A stretch of DNA of 64,000 nucleotides from the NCBI GenBank assembly GCA_965230185.1, contig OZ245995.1:1849583-1913582 (forward strand). The letters are read 5' to 3'. Made by a program: the position numbers and the translations under genes. The number at the start of each line of letters is the position of its first letter. Position 1 is the stretch's first letter. Shown here in pieces: positions 1 through 8,295 of the stretch. This DNA is from Motiliproteus sp. (lineage in GTDB: Bacteria > Pseudomonadota > Gammaproteobacteria > Pseudomonadales > Balneatricaceae). The notes beneath the pieces were generated by a model. It did no database searches and was not told the DNA's origin. It saw only the letters and a list, made by a program, of their open reading frames with translations.

Positions 1-387
1 CATGTCGATCACCTTCGTTACTGCCATATTTTAACAATAGGTCAAAATGGCGACAGTGTGACTCCGGTTGCCAGAACGCTGATAGGAGTATGGCAGATCC
101 TCTGTAGCGAAAGCACGCCTGTTTATATACGAGCCCGGGCTACATTCCCGGAGTCGTCATGAATGGCGTGGTACTCTGTATATTTGCTGTCGGTTCTGTT
201 CGGGCAGGAAACGGATATCAGCAGCAGATCGCTGAACAGCTACTGATAATTGCATTCGGCTTGCTTCATTTACCGATGGCTAGTGGGGCAGGGAGCCTGG
301 TGAAAGAGACGCCGGGATTCGGTAACGGCTATTCCCGGTAGTAACACAGGCAGGGTGAATGACCGATTCTTACGAACCATCGTGCAC

Positions 388-420
388 AAAAAAAACCACC
401 TGCAACACAGGTGGTTTTTT
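388..420. terminator. Bidirectional rho-independent terminator downstream of the adenylating-enzyme operon
   Basis: The stem ACCACCTG / CAGGTGGT has a 5-nt loop. It is flanked by an A-run (388-395) and a T-run (415-420), and lies 8 nt past the stop at 428-430. Confidence 0.8.
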
Positions 421-427
421 CTTCAGA

Positions 428-1999
428 TCAACTGGCAGTGAGCTCTCGTTTCAGCTCGTCTTTGTTGATCTTGTTTTTATCGCTCTGCACCAGTGGCAAG
501 GACCGTTTATAGACCACCCGACCCGGGATCATATAGGAAGCCAGGTGCTTCTTGAGTTCAAACAGGATCTCCTTCTCAGAGATCTCACTGACCGATGAGT
601 AGACCATCACAATCTCTTCTTCGATAAGCTCGTTCTCGATGCCAAAGACCGCGCACTGGTCAATCTGCGGGATATTCCTGGCGACAACAGATTCGACTTC
701 GTAGGGAGAAACCCGGAAGCCTCTGGTCTTTATCATGTCATCATGTCTTGAGACAAAGTATAAATATCCCTCTTCGTCTTTATAGACGTAATCCCCGGTC
801 GCCACCACGAGTTCATCGGTCAGCTGACCTTCCAGATTGATAGCATCTTTGAGAATCTGAACCGATTTAAAGCGCAGTGCATTCTGCTCCGGCGCATTCC
901 AGAAACCACGGTAGATATAGCCGCCTCGATGGATCAGTTCACCTACTTCACGGACGCCACATTCTTTACCATCTTCATTGAGCACATAGAGCTCAACATC
1001 CGGAATCGCTTTACCGATGGAGTCCGGTCTGATCTGAACCTGTGAAGGATCAAGGTAGGTTGAGCGAAATGCTTCGGTCAGCCCGTGCATGGAGTAGAAG
1101 TCCGCCTTCTGGAAAGTCTTCTTGCAGTCTTTGATCATTCTGGCTGTAACATTGCCACCCGAGGAGGTAATGGTTTTGACGCTGTCAAACAGCTCCGGGC
1201 TTGGTATCCGTTGCAGGTCCTCATCAAACATCTGCGAAATATTCACGGGCATCAGCGGCAGAACAGTGACTTTGTCGTTGATCAGGTGATTAAAGAAGTC
1301 TTCCGGCAGAATAAACCGATGCAGTGCAAGCGTGGCTCTTTTATAGAGTGCGCAGAATATCTGATTTAATCCGTAATCAAGATTAAAGATCAGTAACCCT
1401 GAAATGACGTCATCTTCTTCCAGCTTCAGGTATTGAGAGACGACTCGGGCCGAATCGATCAGGTTCCGATGGGAAATAACGATCCCTTTCGGCGTTCCGG
1501 TCATGCCAAAAGAGTAGGTGATAACCGCATTATCATGGCCATTTACATCACAAATATACGGCTTGTTGTAGTATTTGTAGATCTCTTCAAATGAGGCGAT
1601 CTCTTTGGCCGTGGTTTCGTAGGAAATAATGTGGCCGTCAAAATCAATCTCTTCAATGCTTTCAAGCTTCAGCTTGTCTGTGATAATGCACTTAATATCA
1701 CAATCGTTAATGATGTACTCAACCTGTTCAGATTTGAGCATCTTTGTCAGCGGAACCAGGATGTAATCCGTAGACAGAATCGCGAGGATCGCTACAACCT
1801 GCTCAATACCCTTATTGGAATAGACTCCGATGCGGGTATCTTTTGGAAGCCCCAGCTCATTTAAATAGAAGGCTACCTGATTTACCCTGGTATAGAGTTC
1901 ATCATATGTAATGCTCTGATCATTAAACACCACAGCGGTTTTATCGCTGTGAGTCTGCACTGCCCCTTCAAGAAGCGCTCTGATACAGTTTATTGACAT
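428..1999 (-). CDS. Adenylate-forming enzyme (AMP-dependent synthetase/ligase, stand-alone A-domain-like)
   Basis: This 523-aa ORF has a P-loop-like motif SFGMTGTPKG and a core motif GDYVYKDEEGYLYFVSRHDDMIKTRGFRVSPYEVE. Its start overlaps the upstream gene's stop by 10 nt, consistent with an operon. Confidence 0.85.
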   Translation of the reverse strand: MSINCIRALLEGAVQTHSDKTAVVFNDQSITYDELYTRVNQVAFYLNELGLPKDTRIGVYSNKGIEQVVAILAILSTDYILVPLTKMLKSEQVEYIINDCDIKCIITDKLKLESIEEIDFDGHIISYETTAKEIASFEEIYKYYNKPYICDVNGHDNAVITYSFGMTGTPKGIVISHRNLIDSARVVSQYLKLEEDDVISGLLIFNLDYGLNQIFCALYKRATLALHRFILPEDFFNHLINDKVTVLPLMPVNISQMFDEDLQRIPSPELFDSVKTITSSGGNVTARMIKDCKKTFQKADFYSMHGLTEAFRSTYLDPSQVQIRPDSIGKAIPDVELYVLNEDGKECGVREVGELIHRGGYIYRGFWNAPEQNALRFKSVQILKDAINLEGQLTDELVVATGDYVYKDEEGYLYFVSRHDDMIKTRGFRVSPYEVESVVARNIPQIDQCAVFGIENELIEEEIVMVYSSVSEISEKEILFELKKHLASYMIPGRVVYKRSLPLVQSDKNKINKDELKRELTAS

Positions 2000-3192
2000 G
2001 ACTCTTTTCCTTTCGCGCCAAGCGTCCAGATATCGTAGTTAGTATCCAGAACAACTACAGGCTTGTGATCTGAGGTAAGAATTTTCTTATAGAAGAATGA
2101 CACGATATCTTCTATCTCTTCAGTGGTTAATACCTTGGTAATACCGCCGGTCAGCACCAGCGAATTTATCGCCAGCAACTTCAGGTTGACGTAGGCCTTG
2201 CGGTAATGGGAAATCTTACACAACACCAGAAAAACGGCGAGTTGCATCAATATCTTAGTTGCTTTTGCACTCTGCTCTTCAAAGATGTTCTCTGTTACTT
2301 TCAGATGCATCAGCAACTCATAGACAAACTCGTTATTCTTTGCTGCAAAAATCAATGACTGCTTTGATTTGTACACGCCCAGTTTTTTGAAAACGAGTCG
2401 GTCATATTCGTTTCTGGTCACGATATTATCGGCAACCAGGTCTTTTGAATAATGGACGTCTGTGGTAGCACCGCCAATATCAAGAAGTACGAAAGGATTC
2501 ACGACAGAATACCGTGCATCAATTAGTGGCAGCGCTTTATTTACAATGTATGGCGTTGAATAGATCTGATTGTCGGTAATATCATACAGATGCTTGATAT
2601 CTTCTTTACCTTCAATATCCTGCTGGTAAAGGTTAGTGAGATACTCTTTCAGTGCGTCTTCGACGATATGCAGTTTGTTGTCGATGATGTTTGGCAGAAT
2701 CACGACATCTTCAATATTCTCTTTTACTGCCGGAGCATCCTGCTCGCTGCCCACAAACACAATGTTGGAGTACTTCAGCTGATCAAGGTATCGATACAAG
2801 CTATCAGAAAACATACCGGCACATGAATCGATACCGCCCACCACAATAACGACATCGATAAGATCACTCGGCAGCGAGTACTCCTCTATATTCTGATAGA
2901 GGACCGTATCAATGATGTTGATGCCGGAATTGAAGGCGATATTAGTCGCATACTTCAGCGAATAGGAGTTTGTGATACCGATAATCAGCGTGCTTAAACC
3001 ACCGTTTGCAGACGAGCAGATATGCACATCATTTTTATCAAAGCGATCGATCGTATCGCCGCATTTATTGACCAGATCATCCAGAATATCCTTATTGAAA
3101 TCTCTGAAGTGCTGCTCAATACTGTTGGATGTGCTGACCTTGAAATAGGTACTGCCAACGTCAATAAGCAACTTGTCGTTATCCTGGCTCAT
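1990..3192 (-). CDS. glmL: GlmL/MutL-like glutamate mutase accessory protein (actin-fold ATPase)
   Basis: This 400-aa ORF has an N-terminal LLIDVGSTYFKV motif and an LLDIGGATTDVHY motif, both typical of GlmL/MutL-type ATPases. It shares an ATGA overlap with the upstream GlmE-like gene. Confidence 0.7.
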   Translation of the reverse strand: MSQDNDKLLIDVGSTYFKVSTSNSIEQHFRDFNKDILDDLVNKCGDTIDRFDKNDVHICSSANGGLSTLIIGITNSYSLKYATNIAFNSGINIIDTVLYQNIEEYSLPSDLIDVVIVVGGIDSCAGMFSDSLYRYLDQLKYSNIVFVGSEQDAPAVKENIEDVVILPNIIDNKLHIVEDALKEYLTNLYQQDIEGKEDIKHLYDITDNQIYSTPYIVNKALPLIDARYSVVNPFVLLDIGGATTDVHYSKDLVADNIVTRNEYDRLVFKKLGVYKSKQSLIFAAKNNEFVYELLMHLKVTENIFEEQSAKATKILMQLAVFLVLCKISHYRKAYVNLKLLAINSLVLTGGITKVLTTEEIEDIVSFFYKKILTSDHKPVVVLDTNYDIWTLGAKGKESCQ

Positions 3193-4553
3193 TGCATAAT
3201 TCCTATATCGTGAACAATATCATTGACGATACTGGTGGTATCTTTGGTCAAATCACACTGTGCTTTCTCATACTCGTAACAGCGGTCCGGAATAGGAACA
3301 TTTGCTCGCTTGATAATTCTGATGTTTTTATTGGCATCCCTGATAGTAATCATCTCGTTATGATTGATGATATGCGGTGAAAAAGGCACATCGATAATGC
3401 CGCTTTTTATCGAGTTGAAGACTTTCCGCCATAGCGTATCCGCCGGATCATTCAATACCGCCTCCATAATGGCTTTGACTTCCAGCGTCAGAATCTCTTC
3501 TTCCTCTTCGTCAACAACCTTCGGCAGTCCATTCAGTATGCCCAGAGTGTACTGAGTGTTGGCCACGGTCTTGGCATTGGCTTCTTTAGTCGGAATGCCC
3601 GCCGCCTCTTCCCGGGTTTTGGTGATGATCTTGTCGGCCCCCACCATGGCCGCAATCACCGTGGACATATTGATCAGCTGTTCGGCGTAGTCTTTATTGG
3701 TTGGGAAGGCGCCCATCCACTGGTGATATACCAGATGGATTGCCGCATCGGAGCAGTTGATCTGCTCGGCGTAGTAGCTGGCCAATTTCTTGATGACGGC
3801 CCCGGTGACGATATCCTGGTTCATGGAACCGGTCTGGGAAAATGAAACCGAGAAGGACTTAACACCCTCTTCCAGTGACAGCAACATCTCCAGCAGCTGA
3901 ATCACGATCGTGATGGCGGGTGGCACCAGGGTTGCGGTAAGCGGGCCAAACGATTCCCGATTGATCGGCAGATTCAGCTCCGAATAGTTGGCACAGACCC
4001 GTTCCACATACTTCCAGTACAGGAAGGCTTTATCCAGAGGAAAGTTCTTGGAATAGGGCAGGAGATAGGTAATCGGCCCGCCTTCTATCTCGAAGATACC
4101 GGATGCAATCGCTGTCTCGATCAGCAATCGGGCATCGGGAGTACCGTGTCTTAAACTCACCGGTTTATTGAAGTGAGTGATCATCTTGCGTGTCGTTCGA
4201 TAGCCATGATTAACCAGGGGATAACCATTGAGCATATCGATATCGTTTTCTTCGCTCAGCCGCAGCATTTTGCTTGCCGTAGCGTAGTCATTCAGGCGTG
4301 TATTGGAATCAATGGTCAACGGCAGAACGTCGACGTTAGCCTCGACAAAAAACTCATTCAGGGCAAACTGCTTTTTATAAGTGGGAAACCCACCCCTTGG
4401 CTGAACAAGCATCTTATTTCTGTTTTTGAAATGATGCGATATAAAGAGTTCTTTGTTGGCGTTTTTTACAAATTCTGTTACTTCGGCAAAGTCGAAAGTA
4501 TCAACATATTCATTGCTAAGAATTATTTCTCTTTCTTCTTGAAGCAAACTCAT
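3189..4553 (-). CDS. glmE: Glutamate mutase epsilon (large, catalytic) subunit-like protein
   Basis: This 454-aa ORF resembles the methylaspartate mutase E chain along its length (for example VQPRGGFPT, LPLTIDSNTRLN, SLRHGTPDARLL, EGGPITYLLPYSK). It shares ATGA overlaps with the genes on both sides. Confidence 0.75.
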   Translation of the reverse strand: MSLLQEEREIILSNEYVDTFDFAEVTEFVKNANKELFISHHFKNRNKMLVQPRGGFPTYKKQFALNEFFVEANVDVLPLTIDSNTRLNDYATASKMLRLSEENDIDMLNGYPLVNHGYRTTRKMITHFNKPVSLRHGTPDARLLIETAIASGIFEIEGGPITYLLPYSKNFPLDKAFLYWKYVERVCANYSELNLPINRESFGPLTATLVPPAITIVIQLLEMLLSLEEGVKSFSVSFSQTGSMNQDIVTGAVIKKLASYYAEQINCSDAAIHLVYHQWMGAFPTNKDYAEQLINMSTVIAAMVGADKIITKTREEAAGIPTKEANAKTVANTQYTLGILNGLPKVVDEEEEEILTLEVKAIMEAVLNDPADTLWRKVFNSIKSGIIDVPFSPHIINHNEMITIRDANKNIRIIKRANVPIPDRCYEYEKAQCDLTKDTTSIVNDIVHDIGIMQ

Positions 4554-4963
4554 TCTTTATTTCTCTTTTCTATAAATGCTTCCAGAGCGTCCAGGCCGGT
4601 ATTGAGGTCAACCTGGTGGCAAACCAGATCAAAACCGTAGTTTTTGTACCTGGGCACAATCTCTTCCGCATTTCCACTACCAACAACCAGATTGCCACCA
4701 ATCATCATAATCAGGTTGTCTAAATTCTTATATTTTGCCTTGAGAGGCTTAACCTCGCGGCTCCACCCCTCCGCTTCCCCGTTCAGGGAGGAGATCAGCA
4801 GGACATCCGCGCCCGTCTCAACCGCCGCATCAAAGAACTCTTCCAGGTAGGTGTTGACACCCAGATTAAACACTTCGAAGCCTCTGGCTCGCAGCGATAG
4901 GTCAATGAGTCGATTAGCGACGACATGGATGTCGTTACCAACTACGCCTGTAACTACCTTCAT
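4550..4963 (-). CDS. glmS: Glutamate mutase sigma (small, B12-binding) subunit-like protein
   Basis: This 137-aa ORF has the same length and layout as GlmS/MutS. It carries the B12-binding-domain motifs GNDIHVVAN (DxHxxG-like, but ending in Ala), ISSL (SxL) and IGGN (GG). Confidence 0.75.
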   Translation of the reverse strand: MKVVTGVVGNDIHVVANRLIDLSLRARGFEVFNLGVNTYLEEFFDAAVETGADVLLISSLNGEAEGWSREVKPLKAKYKNLDNLIMMIGGNLVVGSGNAEEIVPRYKNYGFDLVCHQVDLNTGLDALEAFIEKRNKE

Positions 4964-5071
4964 ATCTTCTCTGGCCCAGGATGTAAAAGGCGCTATGATA
5001 GCAAAGCGCTGTGCAAAAAACGGCTACATGGTGCTAGAATTGTGCGCCAAAATTGGGAACAGGAAGCTTTT

Positions 5072-5551
5072 ATGTCGTTTTTTACAGCCGATATCTGTGA
5101 TGAGTACAGCGAGAAGGTATCTGTGCTAGGCGCAGGCTACAAAAACTATGGTGGTGCCGACAAATGCCAGGGCGAGATCGTCACCGTAAAGCTGGACAGG
5201 AACAACTCTGAACTCATCAGGCTACTGAGAGATGAAGACGGCACCGGCAAAGTTGTCGTAGTCGATGTCGATCGCGAATACTATGCCGTCGTCGGTGAAA
5301 ACCTGATGAAGTTTGCTCTGCAGAACAACTATGCAGGCATTATCGTCAACGGTTACATCAGAGATACCGAACAAATAAAGGATATTCCTGTTGTCCTGTA
5401 TGCGCTGGGTACCTGTCCGCGTAAATATATCCCTGTTACAGAGGGTGAAAAAGACGCGCAGTTATCCTTCGATGGAATTGAATTTAACAGTGGTGATTAC
5501 CTGTACGCCGACACCGATGGCGTGATTGTTACCGCCGGGAAGATCGTATAA
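5072..5551 (+). CDS. RraA family protein (RNase E regulator / HMG-CHA aldolase / oxaloacetate decarboxylase family)
   Basis: The product is 159 aa from the internal ATG at 5072, which has an AGGAAG Shine-Dalgarno site 7 nt upstream. MSFFTADICDEY...GEIVTVK...GKVVVVDV...GENLMKFALQNNYAGIIVNGYIRD aligns with the RraA fold. The longer ORF starting at 4925 overlaps the divergent gene. Confidence 0.8.
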   Translation: MSFFTADICDEYSEKVSVLGAGYKNYGGADKCQGEIVTVKLDRNNSELIRLLRDEDGTGKVVVVDVDREYYAVVGENLMKFALQNNYAGIIVNGYIRDTEQIKDIPVVLYALGTCPRKYIPVTEGEKDAQLSFDGIEFNSGDYLYADTDGVIVTAGKIV

Positions 5552-5581
5552 GTATCTGCAGTTCGATTACTGTTCGAAAAT

Positions 5582-5619
5582 AAAAAAGCCGCCGCTAATA
5601 ACATTAACGGCGGCTTTTT
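5582..5619. terminator. Bidirectional terminator between the convergent rraA-like and aspC-like genes
   Basis: The stem AGCCGCCG / CGGCGGCT has a 13-nt loop, with an A-run on the 5' side and a T-run on the 3' side. Confidence 0.8.
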
Positions 5620-5651
5620 ATTACCTGCTTTTTTACTGCCTGTGCTTTTTA

Positions 5652-6842
5652 TTACTTCAGCACGGCAGCAATCGACCGGGTCAGATAATCAACGTTATCC
5701 GGGGATACACCGGCAAGGTTAATGCGACTCGAACCTACGATGTAGATACTGTACTCATCCTGCAAACGCTGGATCTGCTCAGGATCGATACCCAGAAATG
5801 AAAACATACCATTCTGTCGGGTAATAAAGCTGAAGTCCTGAGTAACGCCATTCTCTGCAAGTTTATCAACCAGCAGTTGTCGCATACCGCCAATGCGGTC
5901 ACGCATCTGTTTCAGCTCATCGTGCCACTGGCTGGTAAGCTCATCTGAACTCAGGATCGTTTCTACGATTGCCGCACCGTGGGCTGGCGGCATGGAGTAG
6001 TTAACCCGAACCACTGTCACCATAACCGCACCGATGATATCCGCCGCGCTGGCATCTTTACCGATAATGGAGCAGGCACCGATGCGATCACGGTACAGAC
6101 CAAAGTTCTTTGAACAGGAGCTGCAGATGATCATCTGCTCGACCGTATCCGCCATCAGCCGCAGACCGTAAGCATCGACATCCAGGCCCTGTCCAAACCC
6201 CTGATAAGCAATATCGATAACCGGGGTAAAGCCGATATCTCTGGCCAGTTCAGCCACCTGTTGCCACTGATCCTGATTGAGGTCCATACCGCTGGGGTTA
6301 TGGCAGCAGGCATGGAACAGTACCGCATCTTCTTCCGGAATCTGCTTCAGCGCTTCAACCATGCCGGCAAAATCCAGGCATTTGTTCTCATAATCGTAAT
6401 AAGGATAGGTTTTTACGTTGAGGCCGGCGGCCTTGAAGACACCCTGGTGGTTTGCCCAGGTCGGGTTGCTCACCCAGATAGTCGCACCGGGCTTGCTTCT
6501 GTTTATCAGTTCACCGGCGATGCGTAATGCCCCCGTGCCGCCGGGAGTCGATACCGTGCGGACACGGTTGTCACGAATAACCTTATGATCACCCAGTACC
6601 AGCGAGGCTATCTTGTCATTGAATAACGGAGAGCCTGTAGAGCCCAGATAGATCTTACTGGCTTCGTTATCAACACGAGATTGTTCAGCAGTTTTTACAC
6701 AAGCTAAAACTGGCGTATTACCAGCCTCATCTTTGTAAATACCAGGACCAAGATCAATTTTGCTCGGGTTGCTATCGGCTTTAAATTTGACCGATAGACC
6801 CAGAATCGGATCAGCTGGCGGTTGCTGTAACTGAGAAAACAT
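5652..6842 (-). CDS. aspC: Aspartate/aromatic amino acid aminotransferase (class I, AspC/TyrB family)
   Basis: This 396-aa ORF is collinear with E. coli AspC (PADPILGL, GIYKDEAGNTPVL, SKNFGLYRDRIGA, NYSMPPAHGA). Confidence 0.9.
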   Translation of the reverse strand: MFSQLQQPPADPILGLSVKFKADSNPSKIDLGPGIYKDEAGNTPVLACVKTAEQSRVDNEASKIYLGSTGSPLFNDKIASLVLGDHKVIRDNRVRTVSTPGGTGALRIAGELINRSKPGATIWVSNPTWANHQGVFKAAGLNVKTYPYYDYENKCLDFAGMVEALKQIPEEDAVLFHACCHNPSGMDLNQDQWQQVAELARDIGFTPVIDIAYQGFGQGLDVDAYGLRLMADTVEQMIICSSCSKNFGLYRDRIGACSIIGKDASAADIIGAVMVTVVRVNYSMPPAHGAAIVETILSSDELTSQWHDELKQMRDRIGGMRQLLVDKLAENGVTQDFSFITRQNGMFSFLGIDPEQIQRLQDEYSIYIVGSSRINLAGVSPDNVDYLTRSIAAVLK

Positions 6843-7243
6843 AAGATTTAGTACCTTTTAATTGCGCTGTTTCATTTGAATGACTGGCTGGAGTCCACCA
6901 GGGACTACAGGCTGAACCGACCAGCTTTACAGATCCTTTACCGCTTGTTGATCTGTTGGCCTGCGAAGTCAAATAGCAGCATGTTATTCCTTAACGATGT
7001 TGCCGTACAGCGTTAAGGTTAATTTCGATGCAATCACAGGCACTCCGTCGCTTCCGCGCCTGTTGTGACTCTGGTTCCGGTTCGTTGCTGTGTTAGCCGC
7101 CGCACAGGTCTCCGGCACTGAGCTGGCCTGCTTTCCTTAAACACCAGCGAAGCATCACGAATAACGGTCCTTGGTAGCGACCAGGTTCAGCTGTTCTCAA
7201 TCTGCAGGTCCGATCCGGATTGAACTGATAATGGGGCAGAGGA

Positions 7244-8161
7244 TCAGGTCTTCTGAAGCTCTTCCAGCCAGGTACTCAGGACCAGATTGGGGCGGGCGCC
7301 CTTGCGGGTGATGGCGGAAAACTGGGTGATGTAGTTGAACTGGTGGGGCAGCAGCGCTCGCATTTTACCCTCTCTGACCCAGCGGTCCGCCAGATGGACC
7401 GGCAGAAAGCCGATATAGCGACCGGTCAGAAGCAGAAAGGCGATGCCCTCGCGGTCAGTGGCGGTGGCGCTGTCCTTCAGCTGCTGGTGCAGGGCCTTGA
7501 TCTCGGCGGTCTGGGCGTAGGCCGGCACCACGGCATCGCATTCGGTGATCTGCTCGGTGCTGAGGCTGTCATTGTCGATTGCGAACAGCGGATGGTCGGC
7601 GCTGCAATAGAGTCGTGATTCCTCCTCATACAGCGGCAGGTATTCCAGTCCCGCCAGGGTGCGCAGGTCGGGTACCACACCCACATGGAGCTGACCGTCC
7701 AACACCGCCAGTTCGATCTCGTTGGGTGGAATCATGCGGATATGAACCCGTACGCCGGGGCCTTTGTCTTTGAGGATCGCCAGTGAGTTGGTGATCCGCA
7801 TATGGGGCATGGTGACCAGGTTGTCGGTGATGCCGATATTCAGGTCCCCCTTCAGCTGGGCGTGCAGCGCATTGACCTGGGTGCGGAAATCCTCCAGTGA
7901 GGCCAGCAGTTGCAGGGTCAGTTCGTAAACCTCCCGGCCCTCGTCGGTCAGCGAAAAACCGGAGCGCCCGCGCTGGCAGAGTCGGAAGCCCAGTCGGGTC
8001 TCCAGGTCCGCCATGGAGATGCTGATGGCGGCGCGGCTGATATTGAGTTCCACCTCGGCAGCGGAAAAGCCACCACACTCCACCACGGTCCGATAGATCC
8101 GCAGCATCCGCAGATCGACATCGCTGAGTCGGCCGGTAAACTCTTTTTTACGAATTGCCAT
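7244..8161 (-). CDS. LysR family transcriptional regulator
   Basis: This 305-aa ORF has an N-terminal HTH (LRMLRIYRTVVECGGFSAAEVELNISRAAISISMADLETRLGFRLCQR) and a LysR substrate-binding-type C-terminus. Confidence 0.85.
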   Translation of the reverse strand: MAIRKKEFTGRLSDVDLRMLRIYRTVVECGGFSAAEVELNISRAAISISMADLETRLGFRLCQRGRSGFSLTDEGREVYELTLQLLASLEDFRTQVNALHAQLKGDLNIGITDNLVTMPHMRITNSLAILKDKGPGVRVHIRMIPPNEIELAVLDGQLHVGVVPDLRTLAGLEYLPLYEEESRLYCSADHPLFAIDNDSLSTEQITECDAVVPAYAQTAEIKALHQQLKDSATATDREGIAFLLLTGRYIGFLPVHLADRWVREGKMRALLPHQFNYITQFSAITRKGARPNLVLSTWLEELQKT

Positions 8162-8295
8162 GGTTGCTCCAGAGGTCCGGATTGGGGGAGTAGCGGTCCG
8201 GGATTATACCCGGATTCTGAATACAGTTTAGTAATTGGTTAACTTTGTGCGGTTCTCTTGCTGATCCATGAATTTAAGAGCGGGCGGGTATCGGG

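Noticed and set aside
1-427. Short ORFs 159..341 and 359..598 (plus strand), and a possible minus-strand start codon at 27..25 leading out of the window.
   Set aside because: The plus-strand ORFs have no ribosome-binding site or recognisable features, and the second overlaps the ligase gene and the terminator. Only 9 codons of the minus-strand frame are visible, so nothing can be supported.
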